DNA of 64,000 bases, taken from positions 13,059-77,058 of the forward strand of contig OMIK01000065.1 of NCBI GenBank assembly GCA_900299075.1, in the 5' to 3' direction. Made by a program: the position numbers and the translations under genes. Shown here piece by piece: positions 61,285-64,000 of this stretch (its first letter is position 1; each line of letters begins with the position of its first letter). The DNA comes from Chlorobi bacterium Chlorobi_1. Its GTDB lineage: Bacteria > Bacteroidota > Chlorobiia > Chlorobiales > Chlorobiaceae. The notes under the pieces were generated by a model. It made no database searches, was not told the origin of the DNA, and saw nothing but the letters and a program-made list of their open reading frames with translations.

Positions 61285-63768
61285 TCAATCGAGATTGTTC
61301 AGCAGCAGGTCGAGGGACTCCTCGCTCTTGATGAGCACATCCCTGGGCTTGCTGCCGTCGCCGGCGCTGACGATGCCGCACTCGTACAGCTGGTCCATCA
61401 CCCTGCCGGCGCGGCTGAAGCCGAGCCGCAGGCGCCGCTGCAGGAGCGAGACGCTCGCCTGCTGGTGCATCACCACGAGCCTGGCGGCCTCCTCGAACAT
61501 GCTGTCGCGCCCGTCGCGCTCCTGCCCCGATCCGGACGAGTCCCCCTTGCCGACGCCGGCATCGGGCAGGGTGAAGTCATCCTTCTGCTCGGGCTGGGAG
61601 CCGATGAACGAGGTGATCGCCTCGACCTCCTCGGAGGAGACGTAGGGGCACTGGACGCGGTCGGGCTTGGGCATCCTGGCCGACTGGAAGAGCATGTCGC
61701 CGTTGCCGAGCAGCTGGTCGGCGCCGGAGACGTCCAGGATCGTGCGGGAATCGACCTTGCTGGCCACCTGGAAGGCGATGCGCGACGGGAAGTTCGCCTT
61801 GATGACGCCGGTGATGATGTCCACCGACGGGCGCTGGGTGGCCACGATGAGGTGGATGCCGACCGCACGGGCCATCTGGGCACGCCTGGCGATCGGCTCC
61901 TCGCCCTCGCGCCCTGCGGTGATCATCAGGTCCGCGAGCTCGTCGATGACGACCACGAGGTAGAACATCGTCTCCTCGGGCATCTTGCGGTTGTACTCGC
62001 GGATGTTGCGCACGCCACACTTCTCGAGCATCTCGTAACGCCGCTCCATCTCGCGAACGACCGACTGCAGGGCGCCCGAAGCCTTCTTCGGGTCGGTGAC
62101 GATGATCTGGTCCTCGAGGCCCCTGATCTTCGGCAGGAAGTGGTTCTTGAGCTTCTGGTACTGCGAGAGCTCGACGCGCTTCGGGTCGATCAGCACGAAC
62201 TTCACCTCGTCGGGGCGCTTCGCATAGAGGAGGCTCGTGAGGATCACGTTGATCGCCACCGACTTGCCTGCGCCGGTCGCGCCGGCGATCAGCAGGTGCG
62301 GCATCGTGGCCAGGTCCTCGATCAGCACCTCGTTCGAGATGGTCTTGCCGAGGGCGATCGGCAGGGCCATGCCGCTGTTCTTGAACTTCTCGACCTGGAG
62401 CACCGAGCGCATGAGCACGGTCTTCGGCTTGCTGTTCGGGATCTCCACGCCGATGGCGTTCTTGCCCGGGATGGGAGCGATGATCCTGATGCCGCCGGAG
62501 GAGGAGGCAAGGGCCATGGCAAGGTCGTTCTCGAGCGTCTTCACCCTGCTGATCTTGACATCGGGGGCGAGCTCGAGCTCGAAGAGCGTGACCCGGGGGC
62601 CGACGGTGGTGGCGATCTTCACCACGTCGATCTTGTAGATCCTGAGCTTCTCGAGCAGGCGGTTCTTGCTGTCGGCCAGATGCCGTTCGTCGTAGACCGC
62701 TTCGTCGTCCCGAGGCACCTGGAGCAGGTCGATCGAGGGGAAGCGGTAGGGGACCCAATCCTTCGTCCGCACCTTCATGCTGCGTTCGTCCATGTCGGCC
62801 TCCCGCTCATGGACCCCTTTGGTGATGACCATCTCCGGCCCGTCCTCCTCCATCCCGGAGAGCCGGGCTTCGGGCTCCTCATCAGGCACGTACGGCGGAG
62901 GTGCAGGAGGCTGCGGCCCGGTTTCCCAGGGCAGGTCCGTCGGTCCTTCGACCACCACGGAGACGGGCGGTGCGACCGGTGCGGCCGGTGCCGGTTTCGG
63001 CAGCTCACGGGCAGCGGCCCGCTTCGCCTTCTCCTCGGCCTTCTCCCTGGCCCTGCTCTCCTTCGCGGCGTCGTGCTCCGCCCTGCGGGCGGCTTTCGCC
63101 GCATCCTTTTCCGCGTTGGCCCTGGCCTTTTCAGCCTTGTATGCCGCGATGGAGCGGGTAACCTTGGAGAAGAAGGCGAAGGTCGACGACACTGCGCCGG
63201 AGATCGTCCCCCGTGCGGTGAGGAAGATGAGCGCGGCCCCGGCCGTCAGGACGAGCGCCCAGGCGCCCGCCGGACCGATCACCCGCGAGAGGAATTCGGC
63301 AACCATGCGGCCGACGGCTCCCGCCATGTTGTCGCTGAACGAGGCCCAGGTGAGGCCGAAGAGCACCGACAGGTCGAACGAGAAGAGGAGGGCGAACACC
63401 ATGAAGAGCCCCCCCGGGCCGAGCGGCTGCCGGCGGAGCATCCTCAAGCCAAGCACGAACACGGCGAGGATCGGCACCACCGAGGGGTAACCGAAGAGGT
63501 CGTGGATGAAGAACGAGGAGATCCTCGGGCCGAAAAGCCCGAAAGGGTTGCTGATCTGGGCAGCGACTGCCTTTGCCGCTGGGCTCAGGACGTCGTACCA
63601 GGCAAGCGTCGAGGTGTAGATCTCGAAGCGCTCCGGGTAGAACGGGTAGTAGAGCACCGCAGCGGCGACGAAGAGCGAAAGCAGCATCAGGAGGATGCCG
63701 GATACCTCCCTGACCAGGTTTTCGCTGCCGAGGGCCTTGATGGCGCGCAGGAGCTTCACCACGGGCAT
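61285..63768 (-). CDS. ftsK: DNA translocase FtsK
   Basis: N-terminal transmembrane helices; GATGAGKS, IDELADLM, ATQRPS, gamma domain QRRLRLGFSRAGR; start set at MPVVKLL, which has a GGAG RBS (63798 is an alternative). Confidence 0.96.
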   Translation of the reverse strand: MPVVKLLRAIKALGSENLVREVSGILLMLLSLFVAAAVLYYPFYPERFEIYTSTLAWYDVLSPAAKAVAAQISNPFGLFGPRISSFFIHDLFGYPSVVPILAVFVLGLRMLRRQPLGPGGLFMVFALLFSFDLSVLFGLTWASFSDNMAGAVGRMVAEFLSRVIGPAGAWALVLTAGAALIFLTARGTISGAVSSTFAFFSKVTRSIAAYKAEKARANAEKDAAKAARRAEHDAAKESRAREKAEEKAKRAAARELPKPAPAAPVAPPVSVVVEGPTDLPWETGPQPPAPPPYVPDEEPEARLSGMEEDGPEMVITKGVHEREADMDERSMKVRTKDWVPYRFPSIDLLQVPRDDEAVYDERHLADSKNRLLEKLRIYKIDVVKIATTVGPRVTLFELELAPDVKISRVKTLENDLAMALASSSGGIRIIAPIPGKNAIGVEIPNSKPKTVLMRSVLQVEKFKNSGMALPIALGKTISNEVLIEDLATMPHLLIAGATGAGKSVAINVILTSLLYAKRPDEVKFVLIDPKRVELSQYQKLKNHFLPKIRGLEDQIIVTDPKKASGALQSVVREMERRYEMLEKCGVRNIREYNRKMPEETMFYLVVVIDELADLMITAGREGEEPIARRAQMARAVGIHLIVATQRPSVDIITGVIKANFPSRIAFQVASKVDSRTILDVSGADQLLGNGDMLFQSARMPKPDRVQCPYVSSEEVEAITSFIGSQPEQKDDFTLPDAGVGKGDSSGSGQERDGRDSMFEEAARLVVMHQQASVSLLQRRLRLGFSRAGRVMDQLYECGIVSAGDGSKPRDVLIKSEESLDLLLNNLD

Positions 63769-63781
63769 GGCTCCGCCGGCC

Positions 63782-64000
63782 TCAGGCTTTTTCGACATGG
63801 ACAAAGGGCAGCGACCTGACCGATGCGGGATGCATGGCGCCCCGGATCTCCACGAACAGCGCACTCCCCACGGGGGTATATTCTGCAAGCACGCTCGCCG
63901 TGCCGATCGGCTCCTGGAGCGTCGGCGACATGGTGCCGCTGCAGACGACGCCGATCTCCTGGTGGTCGCTGTTGAATACCTTGAAGCCCTGGCGCGGGAT
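63782..64000 (-). CDS. gcvT: 3' end of glycine cleavage system aminomethyltransferase (partial; not in ORF track)
   Basis: IPRQGFKVFNSDHQEIGVVCSGTMSPTLQEPIGTA...VEIRG...LPFV, stop TGA at 63784-63782. Confidence 0.9.
   Translation of the reverse strand: MPRQGFKVFNSDHQEIGVVCSGTMSPTLQEPIGTASVLAEYTPVGSALFVEIRGAMHPASVRSLPFVHVEKA

Noticed and set aside
61878-61910. Unusual FtsK motif REGEEPIARRAQ instead of the usual (K/R)EVEEPIARLAQ
   Set aside because: Both changes can be explained by single T-to-G substitutions in G-rich context, so sequencing or assembly error is more likely than biology; check against reads.
60772-63819. 1015-aa plus-strand ORF and other long antisense ORFs (e.g. 1142-3136, 49108-51465)
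   Set aside because: These are stop-poor antisense frames typical of high-GC coding DNA, with no recognisable domains.

Overview
GC-rich (roughly 60-65% by eye) chromosomal segment of a green sulfur bacterium (Chlorobiaceae). The assignment rests on the type IV RuBisCO-like protein, a BchF/BchV hydratase next to a BchQ-like radical SAM methylase, and a CruA-type lycopene cyclase. Most of the window is housekeeping: folP, smc, nusB, nth, pabB/C fusion, ppx, sua5, rluB, scpB, hisAHI, NfnAB/SudAB, menG, ligA, recX, pyrH-tsf-rpsB, rpsI-rplM, der, mrp, nfu, ftsK and the 3' end of gcvT. Metal modules are NikR with a Ni/Co ECF transporter, an ars cluster and a mod cluster, each with a visible operator-like palindrome. 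I found no tRNA, rRNA, CRISPR array, integrase or transposase. The most interesting items are: (1) the functionally unresolved RLP / LsrF-like / aldolase-SDR / SDR cluster beside bchV-bchQ, for which I propose a testable 5'-deoxyadenosine salvage hypothesis; (2) several families of intergenic palindromes built from 6-, 7- and 9-nt tandem units, one of which is split into two inverted arms that bracket a 3-gene cassette; (3) a MITE-like element and a REP-doublet-like element; (4) an Ivy lysozyme inhibitor; and (5) several proteins with His- or Cys-rich extensions. All calls come from motif recognition and recalled family knowledge; no searches were run. Most long ORFs in the supplied track are GC-rich antisense shadows.
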